From NCBI GenBank assembly GCA_051532055.1, contig JAOPTX010000001.1, positions 28,581-92,580 on the forward strand: a stretch of 64,000 nt of DNA, read 5' to 3'. Shown piece by piece: positions 17,316 through 27,603 of the stretch (its first letter is position 1; each line of letters opens with the position of its first letter). The notes beneath the pieces were generated by a model. The model ran no database searches. It was not told where the DNA came from and worked only from the letters and a program-made list of their open reading frames with translations. This DNA is from Fibrobacterales bacterium. Lineage in GTDB: Bacteria; Fibrobacterota; Fibrobacteria; Fibrobacterales; JAOPTW01. The translations under genes and the position numbers were made by a program.

Positions 17316-20300
17316 ATGAAAGCGATAAAATCACTCTTTTTTTGGATCTGCGTAGGCATCATAGCTTTGGCTGTAGGTTTTTATTTTACAGCACCCATGA
17401 TGGGTCTTGATGACTCTCTTTATAATATACTGATTTCAGCGGCTATAGCAGTGCTGGGGCTCTCTATCAGTTTTTTAATAAAGATGAAAAAGCATTATAA
17501 CTCTATTCAAAAGAAAAAACCAAAGTCTAATGCTGCAGAGTGGGAGACAAGTTGGCAAAAACCATTAGCTGATGAAACAAAAGAAATTCTCAAACGCATT
17601 CAAGAGGTTTACAAAAAAACCAATGTAAGTATTGAGAAAACTAAATTTTTTCTTGTTATAGGCCAAAAAGGTTCTGGTAAGAGTACACTTATTCGTGAAA
17701 GCGGCCATCACATGCGTTATATCTTTCCTACAGCTCGCGATAAGCAGCAGCGAAGACAGATATTCTTTAATTGGAGTGTTTCGGATAATGCAGTCTATAT
17801 AGAGGCTCCCAGTGATTATCTGGCTAATGGAGACAAAGTTGCTCAAGAACTTCTCTTTTTGTTAGAACTTCTTCGTGATGAACCTAAGAAAAAAACGCTC
17901 GATGGTATTATAGTAACTGAGAAGGTTCACGATTTAGCCGATAACGATAACGCTAAAGCTCGTGCACAGGTTAATAGAAAGACAGTTGAAGGAGTTATGG
18001 CTCAGATTCAATTGGAACTTCCCGTCTATGTTGCTCTGACTAATCTTGATACACTACCAGGTGCCAAACTCTATTGCGATGCACATGAAGAGAGTTTTCT
18101 AAATCAAAGCTTTGGTGTTTCAATAAAACATTCTGAAGCAAAAGATACCCGTTCTGTTTTTGATAAACGGTATGGTGAACTCCTTGATGGTCTCTATGAT
18201 AATCAAATGTTTAGTATGTATTCCCAACAAAAAAAGGGAATTGCTCCTGTCGAGACCTATGCATTTGTAAGAGGCCTTGAGGAACGCAGAGCTAACATTG
18301 GTGATTATGTCGAGATACTTTGTAAAAAAGGTTTGACTAAAGAGATAAGTTATTTCCGTGGTCTTTATTTTACTGGAGTAGAGTCAGTGGCGAAAGATCA
18401 GCCATCGGCAGCGCCAGTCGCACCGGCTCTTGACCCTTTTGGAGGAGCTGCCTTTTTTGAAGATGAAGGCTCGACAGTTTCTGCTGCACCAGAAGTGAAT
18501 GCCATTGAAGAGCCTGAGCCAGTACTTGGTGGTCTCAGTTATTTCGCCCATGCTTTTCTTGCATGGGTTGAAGGAGAAAAAGAGCTTGCTCGGTATCCCA
18601 AATATCGTCAAAGTAGTATGTCTCGTTCCGCTGCCCTCATCTCATTTCTATTGTTCCTTGGGGCTGCAGGTGTTGCAGGTTATGGGGTATATGGATTTAC
18701 TATGAGCAAGGTATTGTTGAATAGATGGGAAGAATTAGTTAATGATGCCCGACGCCTCAAGTGGAGTCAGCCAAAAACTATAATTCGCGAATTTTCGAAA
18801 TATGATGGATTGAGATTAGCAATTGAGGATATAGAAGAGAATAGATCGCTCAAAATTGCTCCAGGCTTCTATCCAGATGGAAAAATTTTACCGAAAGCAG
18901 AAAAGAAACATATTGTACTTTCTCATGCATTAACTAGAAACTGCCTTAAAACTCTTGAAAAAGAACTGAATAATAGGCTGACTGCTGGTGTGAGAGATTC
19001 AGAGAGAACAGAGGTGTATAACGATTTTAAATTATATGCTTCATTAACTACTGCCGGTAAGGGCAATTACGATAAGATGAATGTGGACTCTGTTGGGGCA
19101 GGACTTGCAAGAAAGTGGTATAAGCTGTTAGGAATAACACCATATACTGCATCTCAACATATTAAAGAGACATTACCATTGAATGCGCGGCTCTATGCTC
19201 AGTATTTAATAGATGAAAGAGTCCATAAAGGGAGTAAACTTTATGTAGCAAACCCTGCACTTGTCAAAAAGGCACGAAGAGCTTTAGCAGGCGAGAGTGA
19301 AGTTGAAGCAATTTATCAAGCTATGTTAGAGGCGGGAAATAGTGCACCAGCACTGCGTTTATCTGACCTGGGTATTGAAGAGAATAGTATAATTATTAAT
19401 GCCGGTGAGGTTCCTGCAGCTTATACAAAAGCCGTATACGACTCAGTTATAAAACCATTCTTTACTAAGACTAATAGTGCTCAGGGGGATTGGGTTCTAG
19501 GAAAAGATAAAGAGAAATCTACAGTGAGTAAAGAACTGGAAGAGAAAGTGATGAACAAGTATTATCGTGATTATGCATATACTTGGAGAAGCTTTATTAA
19601 AAATATCACCACAAAACGTACGCCAGATTTACAAAGACTCTCAGAAAAACTTATTTCACTTGCAAGTGCTTCTCAAGACGAAACATTACTTGGCCTTCGG
19701 GCATTTATAGAGCATGTTTCGATAAATACAAATCTTGTGATGGACCTTTCTGGAGCAAAAAACCTCGCCAATAAAGTGAGTGGCCCCAACAAAAAGCTAA
19801 ATAATAAAATGAAAGTAGTACGCCGGTATCAAGACGATATACCTGAATCAATGCTCTCTCCACAAGAACGACTTTCTAAAAAGTTTAGTGGTTTCTCAGT
19901 ACTTACCGAACAAGTGCGAGGGAAAAAATTTGATGACTATTTTGAGGATCTTGTAAAAACTTCGAAGTTTTTAATTGAAACTACAGGTAATCCAAATGAA
20001 GCAATAACATTCTTAGGGGAGCTATTTAAAGGCGATCGAAAGAATCCTGCAAATCATGCATATTCGGCGGCCCAAGCATATATAGATGAAGTGCCAGCAC
20101 GGCAACAAGATCTTCTTAAAAATACTCTTCTCCTTATTGTCAGAGAGGTAGTCAACTCAGTAGTTTCCTATGCTTCTATAGGCCTGCAAGAAGAGTATGA
20201 AAAACAAGTGGTAACTAATTATGAGTCATACTTACAGGCATCTTTTCCCTTTGATCATGAGGAACGAGAAAAAATGGCTTCACTTGAAGATCTTACCTTT

Positions 20301-20912
20301 ATATTTGGAGGAAAATCTGGGACCTTCACTAATTTTTATAAGAAAATCTATGACTTTATTGATATGAAGAGTGATTACTGTGGTTTAAAAGAGTGGAAGG
20401 GGATTTCTATGCCTTTTTCGAGTAAAGCTCTTAAAGGTATTCATAAAGCATTTAAGATACAAGAAGCACTCTTTCATCCTAATGTCGATAGATTAAGACA
20501 ATATCAGCTTAAACACAAATTTATGGCTGTAAAAAGAGCGAACCTTGTTATGCGCTACGGCAATGAAGAGTATTCAGTGATGCGTGGTGAAGATCAAAAG
20601 GTTTTTACTATGAAATGGCCAGATCAGAAACTTGAAGGGATTTCAGTTGAAGTCGAGACAGTTGATGACACCTACACAAAAAATTACAAAGGTGTATGGG
20701 GTTTGATTTCTATGGTTAGAGATATTGGGGAGAAGCGAAATCAAAATACTGTAGAGATTAATTGGCCGATAAAAGCAAAATCTTATTACATCAGTGTTGA
20801 CGGTGAAATCCAGGTAGACCGGCGCTTTAATCCGCTCATTGTCAGAGACTTTTTCATTTTGCCGATTGAATACACGTTGGTTGAAGAGCCGAATTTAGAA
20901 GAAAAAGAGTAA
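17316..20912 (+). CDS. tssM: T6SS membrane subunit TssM (IcmF)
   Basis: Two N-terminal TMs, Walker A GQKGSGKST, LPVYV, FRGLYFT, a third TM, and a periplasmic domain with FPF and WGL. Confidence 0.92.
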   Translation: MKAIKSLFFWICVGIIALAVGFYFTAPMMGLDDSLYNILISAAIAVLGLSISFLIKMKKHYNSIQKKKPKSNAAEWETSWQKPLADETKEILKRIQEVYKKTNVSIEKTKFFLVIGQKGSGKSTLIRESGHHMRYIFPTARDKQQRRQIFFNWSVSDNAVYIEAPSDYLANGDKVAQELLFLLELLRDEPKKKTLDGIIVTEKVHDLADNDNAKARAQVNRKTVEGVMAQIQLELPVYVALTNLDTLPGAKLYCDAHEESFLNQSFGVSIKHSEAKDTRSVFDKRYGELLDGLYDNQMFSMYSQQKKGIAPVETYAFVRGLEERRANIGDYVEILCKKGLTKEISYFRGLYFTGVESVAKDQPSAAPVAPALDPFGGAAFFEDEGSTVSAAPEVNAIEEPEPVLGGLSYFAHAFLAWVEGEKELARYPKYRQSSMSRSAALISFLLFLGAAGVAGYGVYGFTMSKVLLNRWEELVNDARRLKWSQPKTIIREFSKYDGLRLAIEDIEENRSLKIAPGFYPDGKILPKAEKKHIVLSHALTRNCLKTLEKELNNRLTAGVRDSERTEVYNDFKLYASLTTAGKGNYDKMNVDSVGAGLARKWYKLLGITPYTASQHIKETLPLNARLYAQYLIDERVHKGSKLYVANPALVKKARRALAGESEVEAIYQAMLEAGNSAPALRLSDLGIEENSIIINAGEVPAAYTKAVYDSVIKPFFTKTNSAQGDWVLGKDKEKSTVSKELEEKVMNKYYRDYAYTWRSFIKNITTKRTPDLQRLSEKLISLASASQDETLLGLRAFIEHVSINTNLVMDLSGAKNLANKVSGPNKKLNNKMKVVRRYQDDIPESMLSPQERLSKKFSGFSVLTEQVRGKKFDDYFEDLVKTSKFLIETTGNPNEAITFLGELFKGDRKNPANHAYSAAQAYIDEVPARQQDLLKNTLLLIVREVVNSVVSYASIGLQEEYEKQVVTNYESYLQASFPFDHEEREKMASLEDLTFIFGGKSGTFTNFYKKIYDFIDMKSDYCGLKEWKGISMPFSSKALKGIHKAFKIQEALFHPNVDRLRQYQLKHKFMAVKRANLVMRYGNEEYSVMRGEDQKVFTMKWPDQKLEGISVEVETVDDTYTKNYKGVWGLISMVRDIGEKRNQNTVEINWPIKAKSYYISVDGEIQVDRRFNPLIVRDFFILPIEYTLVEEPNLEEKE

Positions 20913-20914
20913 AA

Positions 20915-20930
20915 AGTGATGACTGTCACA
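20915..20930. promoter_or_regulatory. CRP-like box upstream of tssA
   Basis: AGTGA-TGACTG-TCACA, one mismatch, in the 139-bp tssM-tssA gap. Confidence 0.45.
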
Positions 20931-21051
20931 CTCAAAGGTGTCGGAATGTAAATTAGAATTAACACTTTCATTTTTACCTTGATAGTTGTTATATTCTCTC
21001 ATCATAAGTTGGTAGTTTAAACATTCAGTAAAAAAGATACGAAAAATAATT

Positions 21052-22704
21052 ATGAGCGAAGCAGTAGCAGAAGAAGAAAAAACAGTAACAGAAGCAGTTT
21101 CAAAAGAAGCAGCTGAGCCGAAAAATTCTGAAGAGAATTCAGAGGCAGTTGTTGAAGACACTGCCCTGACTGTTGAACTCTGTACTCCAATTCCAGGTAG
21201 TGACCCCTGTGGAGAAGATCCAAAGTATAATCATGAATTTGAGGTTATTAAAGGTGAGATCGCAAAACCTGGATCTCGTAACTTTGAGGTAGTAGCTCAA
21301 AACTGTCATATTGTTTTAACGAAACAAGCTAAAGATATAACAACCTTTTCGTATTATATCTTAGCTTCGGCAATGGATAATGGTATTGAAGATTTTTGCT
21401 CCGTTATAGTTGCATTCTCACGTCAGTTAAGTGAACATTGGGATACGATACATCCAACTCGTGAACGTGCACGTATGAATTCGCTCTCATGGCTTAATGA
21501 AGAACGTACTCTTGGTATGCTTGAAAAAGTTGAGGTTTCTGAAGCAATACATCCTCTGTTACTTGCTGCAAAAGAGGCATTAGAGAACATAAAAACTCTT
21601 ACTTTTGAAAAATTTCCTGATTCACCACCATCTATTAAAGGGTTGGTGCAGCAGGTTGAAAAATGGGTTAAGGCAACAAAGCCACAAGAGAAAAAAGCTG
21701 ATGCTCCTACGCCTACAGTATCTAGTGCGTCAGCAACAGTAGCGCCTACAGGCCAGGGAAGCACTCCCATGGTTGACATGGGGAGCAAGACTGATGCTCA
21801 AAAAAATCTTCAAAAAATAGCTATTTTCCTCACAACTCAAGAAAGATCAAATCCATTGGGGTATAAACTACTCCGTATGGTTAAATGGCAAGAGTTACAA
21901 TCCGAGCCTAAAGCTGAAGCAGGAAAAACACTTTTTGCTCCTCCAATTGCACAACGTGTGAGTTTTTACCAAAACTTGGTGCAGCAACAAAATTGGGATG
22001 GAGTTATTGAAAAATCTGAGACAGTTTTTACTGAACCAGGGCTTCATTTTTGGTTTGACCTACAACACTATGTCTGTCAGGCACTCACAGCTAAAGGTGG
22101 AACCTATGCGCAGTGTGCTATAGCAATTAAAACAGAGCTTGTTGGACTTCTTAGTAGAGTGCCTACTCTTAAAGATTTAAAATATAAAGATGACACCCCT
22201 TTTGCGAGTAGCCAGACGAAAGAGTGGCTTGATGAAATTGCATCAGAAGTAGGAGGGGGAAGTTCTGTTCCCACTCAAGTATCGACAAAGAAGTCTGCAG
22301 ACCTCAAGACTGATTTGGTTGCAGCAGAAGAGATGCTTGGAAAAGGTAAATTTGAAGATGCGCTCTATTTAATTCAATCAGGCTGTGCCTATGGAAGCTT
22401 GAAAGAAGTGTGCGAAAGAAAAACGGTTATGGCACGTATGTGCTACCAGAATAATCAGCATTTTATAGCTGACAGTTTATTGAGTGAACTTGATGAAGAA
22501 ATTCAGAAAAGAGCACTTGTAGAGTGGGATTCTGACTTCTGTATAGAGGTTTGGACCCAGCATATCAAAGTACTTTCTACAATTACCGAGATGAGTACTG
22601 TTGATGTTGCGGATAAAGAGGCTATTAAGATTCGTTTACGCGATACTTACAAGCGTTTAAGTAATGTAAACCCACTTTCTGCAACGAAACTTAATTTTGT
22701 GTGA
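21052..22704 (+). CDS. tssA: T6SS TssA (ImpA_N + VasJ-type C-terminus)
   Basis: PIPGSDPCGEDPKY...KD...W..IHP ImpA_N pattern; FWFDLQ and Y.DDTPFAS..T.EWL. Confidence 0.9.
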   Translation: MSEAVAEEEKTVTEAVSKEAAEPKNSEENSEAVVEDTALTVELCTPIPGSDPCGEDPKYNHEFEVIKGEIAKPGSRNFEVVAQNCHIVLTKQAKDITTFSYYILASAMDNGIEDFCSVIVAFSRQLSEHWDTIHPTRERARMNSLSWLNEERTLGMLEKVEVSEAIHPLLLAAKEALENIKTLTFEKFPDSPPSIKGLVQQVEKWVKATKPQEKKADAPTPTVSSASATVAPTGQGSTPMVDMGSKTDAQKNLQKIAIFLTTQERSNPLGYKLLRMVKWQELQSEPKAEAGKTLFAPPIAQRVSFYQNLVQQQNWDGVIEKSETVFTEPGLHFWFDLQHYVCQALTAKGGTYAQCAIAIKTELVGLLSRVPTLKDLKYKDDTPFASSQTKEWLDEIASEVGGGSSVPTQVSTKKSADLKTDLVAAEEMLGKGKFEDALYLIQSGCAYGSLKEVCERKTVMARMCYQNNQHFIADSLLSELDEEIQKRALVEWDSDFCIEVWTQHIKVLSTITEMSTVDVADKEAIKIRLRDTYKRLSNVNPLSATKLNFV

Positions 22705-22737
22705 ATTTAGAACATAAACTAAAAAGGAGAGAGCGCT

Positions 22738-23262
22738 ATGGCAGGCTCAAGTTATCAAAATGAAATACCACCGGCTCGCGTCAATATACAATTGAGCGTC
22801 GATAAAGGTGATGGTCAAAAAAAGATGGAACTTCCACTTAAGATGTTGATTCTTGGTGATTTCACTGGTAAAAAGGACTCTACACGAGTTACTGATCGTG
22901 AAAAAATCAATATCAACAAAAATAATTTTAATCAAGTAATGGAATCACTCGACCTCAAAGTGAGTACTGTTGTTGAAAATAAATTAAGTAAAGATGGTGG
23001 AGATATCAAAGTAAATCTCGATATTAAAAGCATGAAAGATTTTACTCCTGCTGAGGTTGCTCGTCAGGTGCCAGAAGTTTCAAAATTAATGGCAGCACGG
23101 AATCTTATCAGAGATCTTGGTTCGAATTTACTTGATAATCGTGAATTCCGTAAAAGAATGGAAGCGATTGTTAAAGACAAAACTGCAATGGAGAGTCTCT
23201 TAGCTGAACTCGATAAAGTACAACCACTTAAAGAAGATGCACCAGCTGCAGAAGCTGAATAG
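22738..23262 (+). CDS. tssB: T6SS sheath small subunit TssB
   Basis: ARVNI...ELPLKMLILGDF...SMKDFTP..VARQVP. Confidence 0.97.
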   Translation: MAGSSYQNEIPPARVNIQLSVDKGDGQKKMELPLKMLILGDFTGKKDSTRVTDREKININKNNFNQVMESLDLKVSTVVENKLSKDGGDIKVNLDIKSMKDFTPAEVARQVPEVSKLMAARNLIRDLGSNLLDNREFRKRMEAIVKDKTAMESLLAELDKVQPLKEDAPAAEAE

Positions 23263-23273
23263 AGGAGAGTATA

Positions 23274-24755
23274 ATGGCTGAACAAGGCTTAGAATACATA
23301 TATGAATCAATGAATCTTGATCTTCCTGAACAGGAAGTAGATCTCAATAACTACAAAGAATCAGAAGCTCTTTTTGATCAATCAGCAAACGAGCGACTCG
23401 GAGCTGCACTTCGTATTTTCATCGAAAGTGTTTCTGAATCAGCTACATCAATTGATAAAATTGATAAAGCAATGATTGATGCACAGGTTGCATATATTGA
23501 TGAAAAAATTTCTTCACAACTTGATGAAATTTTTCACAATGAAGCATTTCAAAAGCTTGAGTCATCTTGGAGAGGATTAAAGTTTCTTGTTGATCGTACA
23601 AATTTTAAAAAGAATATCAAAATTGAAGTGCTTAATGCTTCTAAAGAAGATATGGTAGAAGATTTTGAAGATTCACCAGAAATCATTCAATCTGCACTAT
23701 ACAAACATGTGTATACGGACGAATACGACACCCCAGGTGGAGAGCCTCTTGGTGCAATCGTTTCTAACTATGAATTCGGTTCTACTCCAATGGATGTTAA
23801 CCTTCTTCAAAATTTTTCAAGTGTCTCTGCTGCAGCTCACTGTCCATTTATTGGTGCTGTTGGCCAAAAATTCTTTGGTAAAGATGATATCAATGAATTG
23901 CCACAAATTGAAGATCTTGAAAACTATATGGATCGTGCAGAATATACAAAATGGCGTTCATTCCGTGAATCTGAAGATTCTCGTTATGTAGGTCTGGTAC
24001 TTCCACGTTTCCTACTTCGCCACCCGTATGATCCTGAAGCGAATCCTGTTCGTGAGTTTAACTATCAGGAAAAAGTTACTGGTGATGACCATGAGAAATA
24101 TCTCTGGGGTAATGCATCATTTTCATTTGCAGCAAACATGACTCGTTCATTTGCTGATAACGGATGGTGTGTTCAAATCAGAGGACCACAAGCTGGTGGT
24201 AAAGTTGAAGACCTCCCAATCCATCTATATGATGTTGGTAAAGGTAATCAAATGAAAATTCCAACAGAAATTCTTATTCCTGAAACAAGAGAATTTGAAT
24301 TTGCTAATCAAGGATTTATTCCACTTAGTTTTTATAAAAATTCTGATTATGCATGTTTTTTCTCTGCGAATTCTACTCAAAAACCAGAAGAGTACGATTC
24401 ACCAGAAGCAACAGCTAACTGCAGAATCAATGCACGTCTTCCATACATCTTGTTGACATCACGCCTAGCACACTACCTCAAAGTGCTTCAACGTGAAAAC
24501 ATTGGCGCAACAAAAAGTGCGACAGTGCTACAGCAAGAGTTGAATACTTGGTTATCTGGTCTTGTAACAGAGATGCAGAATCCTAGTCCGGAGCTTGCAG
24601 CGACGCACCCACTCAGTTATGGAGAGGTAACTGTTGAAGAAAATGAGGATAACCCAGGATTCTTCAAAGTAGGAATGTCAGTTATACCACACTTTCAAGT
24701 AGAAGGTATTAATGTAAACCTCTCATTGGTATCTAAAATGCCGCAAGGCAAATAA
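23274..24755 (+). CDS. tssC: T6SS sheath large subunit TssC
   Basis: LESSWRGL, EYDTPGGEP, PRFLLR.PY, IRGPQAGG, ARLPY, HFQVEG. Confidence 0.98.
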   Translation: MAEQGLEYIYESMNLDLPEQEVDLNNYKESEALFDQSANERLGAALRIFIESVSESATSIDKIDKAMIDAQVAYIDEKISSQLDEIFHNEAFQKLESSWRGLKFLVDRTNFKKNIKIEVLNASKEDMVEDFEDSPEIIQSALYKHVYTDEYDTPGGEPLGAIVSNYEFGSTPMDVNLLQNFSSVSAAAHCPFIGAVGQKFFGKDDINELPQIEDLENYMDRAEYTKWRSFRESEDSRYVGLVLPRFLLRHPYDPEANPVREFNYQEKVTGDDHEKYLWGNASFSFAANMTRSFADNGWCVQIRGPQAGGKVEDLPIHLYDVGKGNQMKIPTEILIPETREFEFANQGFIPLSFYKNSDYACFFSANSTQKPEEYDSPEATANCRINARLPYILLTSRLAHYLKVLQRENIGATKSATVLQQELNTWLSGLVTEMQNPSPELAATHPLSYGEVTVEENEDNPGFFKVGMSVIPHFQVEGINVNLSLVSKMPQGK

Positions 24756-24811
24756 ACTTAAACTTAACCACTAAACATTAACTAAACAAATAATTAAAAA
24801 AGGATATAAAA

Positions 24812-25279
24812 ATGGCAATTCCAGCATATATGACAATCGATGGCATCCCAGGATCAGTAGCAGTAGCAGGTCGTGAAGACACTGTAGAAGTGCTCCAGTT
24901 TGATCACCAAGTATACATCCCAGTAGACCGTGATAACGGTAGCCTTACTGGTACACGTAAACATGGTGCTCTTGTGATCCATAAAGCATTCGATAAATCA
25001 TCATCAATTCTTTATCAACGTGTTTGTACTGGTGAAACAATTGCAAACATCAAAATTACATGGTACGAAATCACTGATCAAGGTGAAGAAAAAGCATACT
25101 ATGAGCACATTCTTGAAAACTGTAAAATCTCTTCAGTTCAGTCTTACATGCACAATGTTAAAGACAAAAACAAAGAGCAATTTGTTCATCAAGAAGAAGT
25201 AACAATCCGTTATGAAAAAATCACTTGGAACTTCCTTGATGGTAACTTGCAGCACACTGACCAGTGGAATGCACGTTAA
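24812..25279 (+). CDS. hcp: T6SS tube protein Hcp (TssD)
   Basis: MAIPAYM...GRE...G..TGTRKH...DKSS..L...YEKITW. Confidence 0.97.
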   Translation: MAIPAYMTIDGIPGSVAVAGREDTVEVLQFDHQVYIPVDRDNGSLTGTRKHGALVIHKAFDKSSSILYQRVCTGETIANIKITWYEITDQGEEKAYYEHILENCKISSVQSYMHNVKDKNKEQFVHQEEVTIRYEKITWNFLDGNLQHTDQWNAR

Positions 25280-25330
25280 TAACGGCTTATGTTTTGATTG
25301 ACTTCATTTGAGGTCTATCACCTACATTCA

Positions 25331-25380
25331 GGTCTGTCGCGTGTGTCAATTATTGGCAATACTCGGCAGGCCCTTTTTTT
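25331..25380 (+). terminator. Long hairpin plus T-run after hcp
   Basis: GGTCTGTCG...CGGCAGGCC stem with G-U pairs, followed by TTTTTTT. Confidence 0.75.
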
Positions 25381-25397
25381 AATGTGAATAGAGAACT

Positions 25398-25838
25398 ATG
25401 GTTGGATCGCGTAAAATAGAAGAGAGTCTCTTCGAAAAAATATCACAGCACTATGCTGATGGAACTCCGCTTAATGCCGTTCCACAGGAAGTACGACTTG
25501 TAAAAAGTATTAGTGATCATGTGACACGTTTGTTAAATACTCGGAAAGGTACAGTTCCCCATATGCCGGATTATGGTCTTACTGATGTGAGTGAAATATA
25601 TTCCAATTTACCAGGTAGTATCGAACAACTTCAACGCGAAATGACAACACTCATTAAAAAATATGAACCGAGACTCGAAAAAATTAGAGTTGAGGTGCTC
25701 CCTTTTGACCCATTTAGTTTTAAAATTGATTTCGACATACATGGAGTTATCAAAGGGGGACAAAGGGTATTTCTCACAACAGCTTTTAACGCCAATGGAC
25801 AAGTTTCAGTAGAATCAAAGAGAAAGAACTATGGCTGA
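25398..25838 (+). CDS. tssE: T6SS baseplate TssE (gp25-like)
   Basis: SI..H..RLLNTRKG....PDYGL.D...YEPRL. Confidence 0.93.
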   Translation: MVGSRKIEESLFEKISQHYADGTPLNAVPQEVRLVKSISDHVTRLLNTRKGTVPHMPDYGLTDVSEIYSNLPGSIEQLQREMTTLIKKYEPRLEKIRVEVLPFDPFSFKIDFDIHGVIKGGQRVFLTTAFNANGQVSVESKRKNYG

Positions 25839-27603
25839 TTTCTTACATTATTATCAGGAAGAACTTCGCTATCTCAGTGACTCAGGAAAAGAGTTTGCTG
25901 ATCGATACCCTGATGTTGCTCACTACCTGAATATGTCTGCAAATGAGGATCGTGACCCGTATGTGGAACGTCTTTTCCAAGGTTTTGCTTTTTTAGGTTC
26001 CCGAATACAAGAGAAACTCCATGACGATTTTCCCGAAATAACTCACAATGTAATGGAGATGGTTGCTCCTGACTATTTAAGAGCTTTTCCATCTATAGCA
26101 CTGGTAGAGTTTAATTCTCCCCGTGGTATGCTTCCTCAGAGCTCAACTATAGTGAAAGGGACAGAAATACTATCAAACCCTAAGCCTGGTGTACCAAAAC
26201 CGTGTAAGTTTCAAACGACACAAGAGGTAGAAATACACCCTTTACAACTCAAGCAAACAACCGTAGAACATTCTGCACTTCATGGCTCAGAGATTAAGCT
26301 TTCTTTTGAAATTGAAGAAACTGTAGAACCAGCTGATTTACTTCTTGAGCATCTTGATCTATATCTTTCTGGTGAGGATGATATTGCCTGGTCTCTGCAC
26401 TATTTCTTAACAAATTCTATTACGGAAGTTATCTATAATGGAGAAGGAAAAACGGAGATATTTACACAGAACTGTACAGTGGTTCCCACTTTGAACTTAA
26501 TGACAAAGATTTTGCCGGAAAAGTCATCGATATTCTCCAACAGTCACTTGCTCCGTGAATATTTTTGTGCGATCGAGAAGTTTCGTTTTGTACGGGTAAA
26601 TAATCTTAATTGTGTCAAGCGATTGAATAGTGCTCGATCTTTTACACTGACCTTTAGATTTTCAGAAAACCTCCCCGATTCAATAGTACGCAAAATAAGT
26701 AATGAACATTTTAAGCTTTACTGCACTCCCGTAGTCAATATTTTTGAGCATGATGTAGACCCAATAACAATTAATAATAAACACTTTGAATATATAATTT
26801 ATCCTGATAATAATAATGACAAAGAGGTGTATAGTATAATTGATGTTTCAGGTAGGGGTAAGGCAGCGCATGAAGTCTTTAGAGCTTATGAACCGTATCA
26901 CAATTTTAGACATGCAAGTGCATCTAAAGGAACCGCTGCACAAGGTTTTACTTACGCAATTAAGCAGGAGGAGAAACGAGGTGGTGGTAAAAATAGCCTT
27001 ATTACTATAGATCGGCATGGGGGTATTCGCCATTATAAAGATGAATTTCTCTCAATTAAAGCTTACTGTACAAATGGTTTATTGCCTAGAGAAAAATTGA
27101 TGCAGAAGGATATATGTAATCCTGTACCTGGATTTCCTGATTTTTTCAAATTTTCAAATTTTACGCGGCCTACTCCTGTGATTCCTTCTGTACAAGAAAA
27201 ACACTATTATTGGAAAATTCTCAATCAGTTTAATATGAATATTAAGACACTCTGCAACGTTAATACATTTAAAGAGGTATTAGATTTATATGCTTGGGGT
27301 GTTAATGAAAAACAAAGAAAATGCATTGATACTATCGATACTGTAGAATGTAGCCAAGAAGCATTTTTTGACAAAGGTCATTTTGTTAGAGGAACTAAAG
27401 TAATGCTTTCTTTGGTTGATCCACAGTGTCAACGCTCTTCTTATGAAACATTATCACAGTATCGTTTACTCGGGGAAGTACTTAACCTTTTTATTAAAAA
27501 CTTTGTTTCAGCAAGTTATTTTGTCTCGTTAACAGTTATGGTGAAGCCTGTAATGATTGAGTTTGAGTGGCAACCCGGGAGGGCTCTATGTCACACAATT
27601 TAG
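25831..27603 (+). CDS. tssF: T6SS baseplate TssF
   Basis: YYQEELRYL...DPYVERLFQGFAFL; LREYF; LYCTPVVNIF; CTNG.LP. Confidence 0.95.
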   Translation: MADFLHYYQEELRYLSDSGKEFADRYPDVAHYLNMSANEDRDPYVERLFQGFAFLGSRIQEKLHDDFPEITHNVMEMVAPDYLRAFPSIALVEFNSPRGMLPQSSTIVKGTEILSNPKPGVPKPCKFQTTQEVEIHPLQLKQTTVEHSALHGSEIKLSFEIEETVEPADLLLEHLDLYLSGEDDIAWSLHYFLTNSITEVIYNGEGKTEIFTQNCTVVPTLNLMTKILPEKSSIFSNSHLLREYFCAIEKFRFVRVNNLNCVKRLNSARSFTLTFRFSENLPDSIVRKISNEHFKLYCTPVVNIFEHDVDPITINNKHFEYIIYPDNNNDKEVYSIIDVSGRGKAAHEVFRAYEPYHNFRHASASKGTAAQGFTYAIKQEEKRGGGKNSLITIDRHGGIRHYKDEFLSIKAYCTNGLLPREKLMQKDICNPVPGFPDFFKFSNFTRPTPVIPSVQEKHYYWKILNQFNMNIKTLCNVNTFKEVLDLYAWGVNEKQRKCIDTIDTVECSQEAFFDKGHFVRGTKVMLSLVDPQCQRSSYETLSQYRLLGEVLNLFIKNFVSASYFVSLTVMVKPVMIEFEWQPGRALCHTI

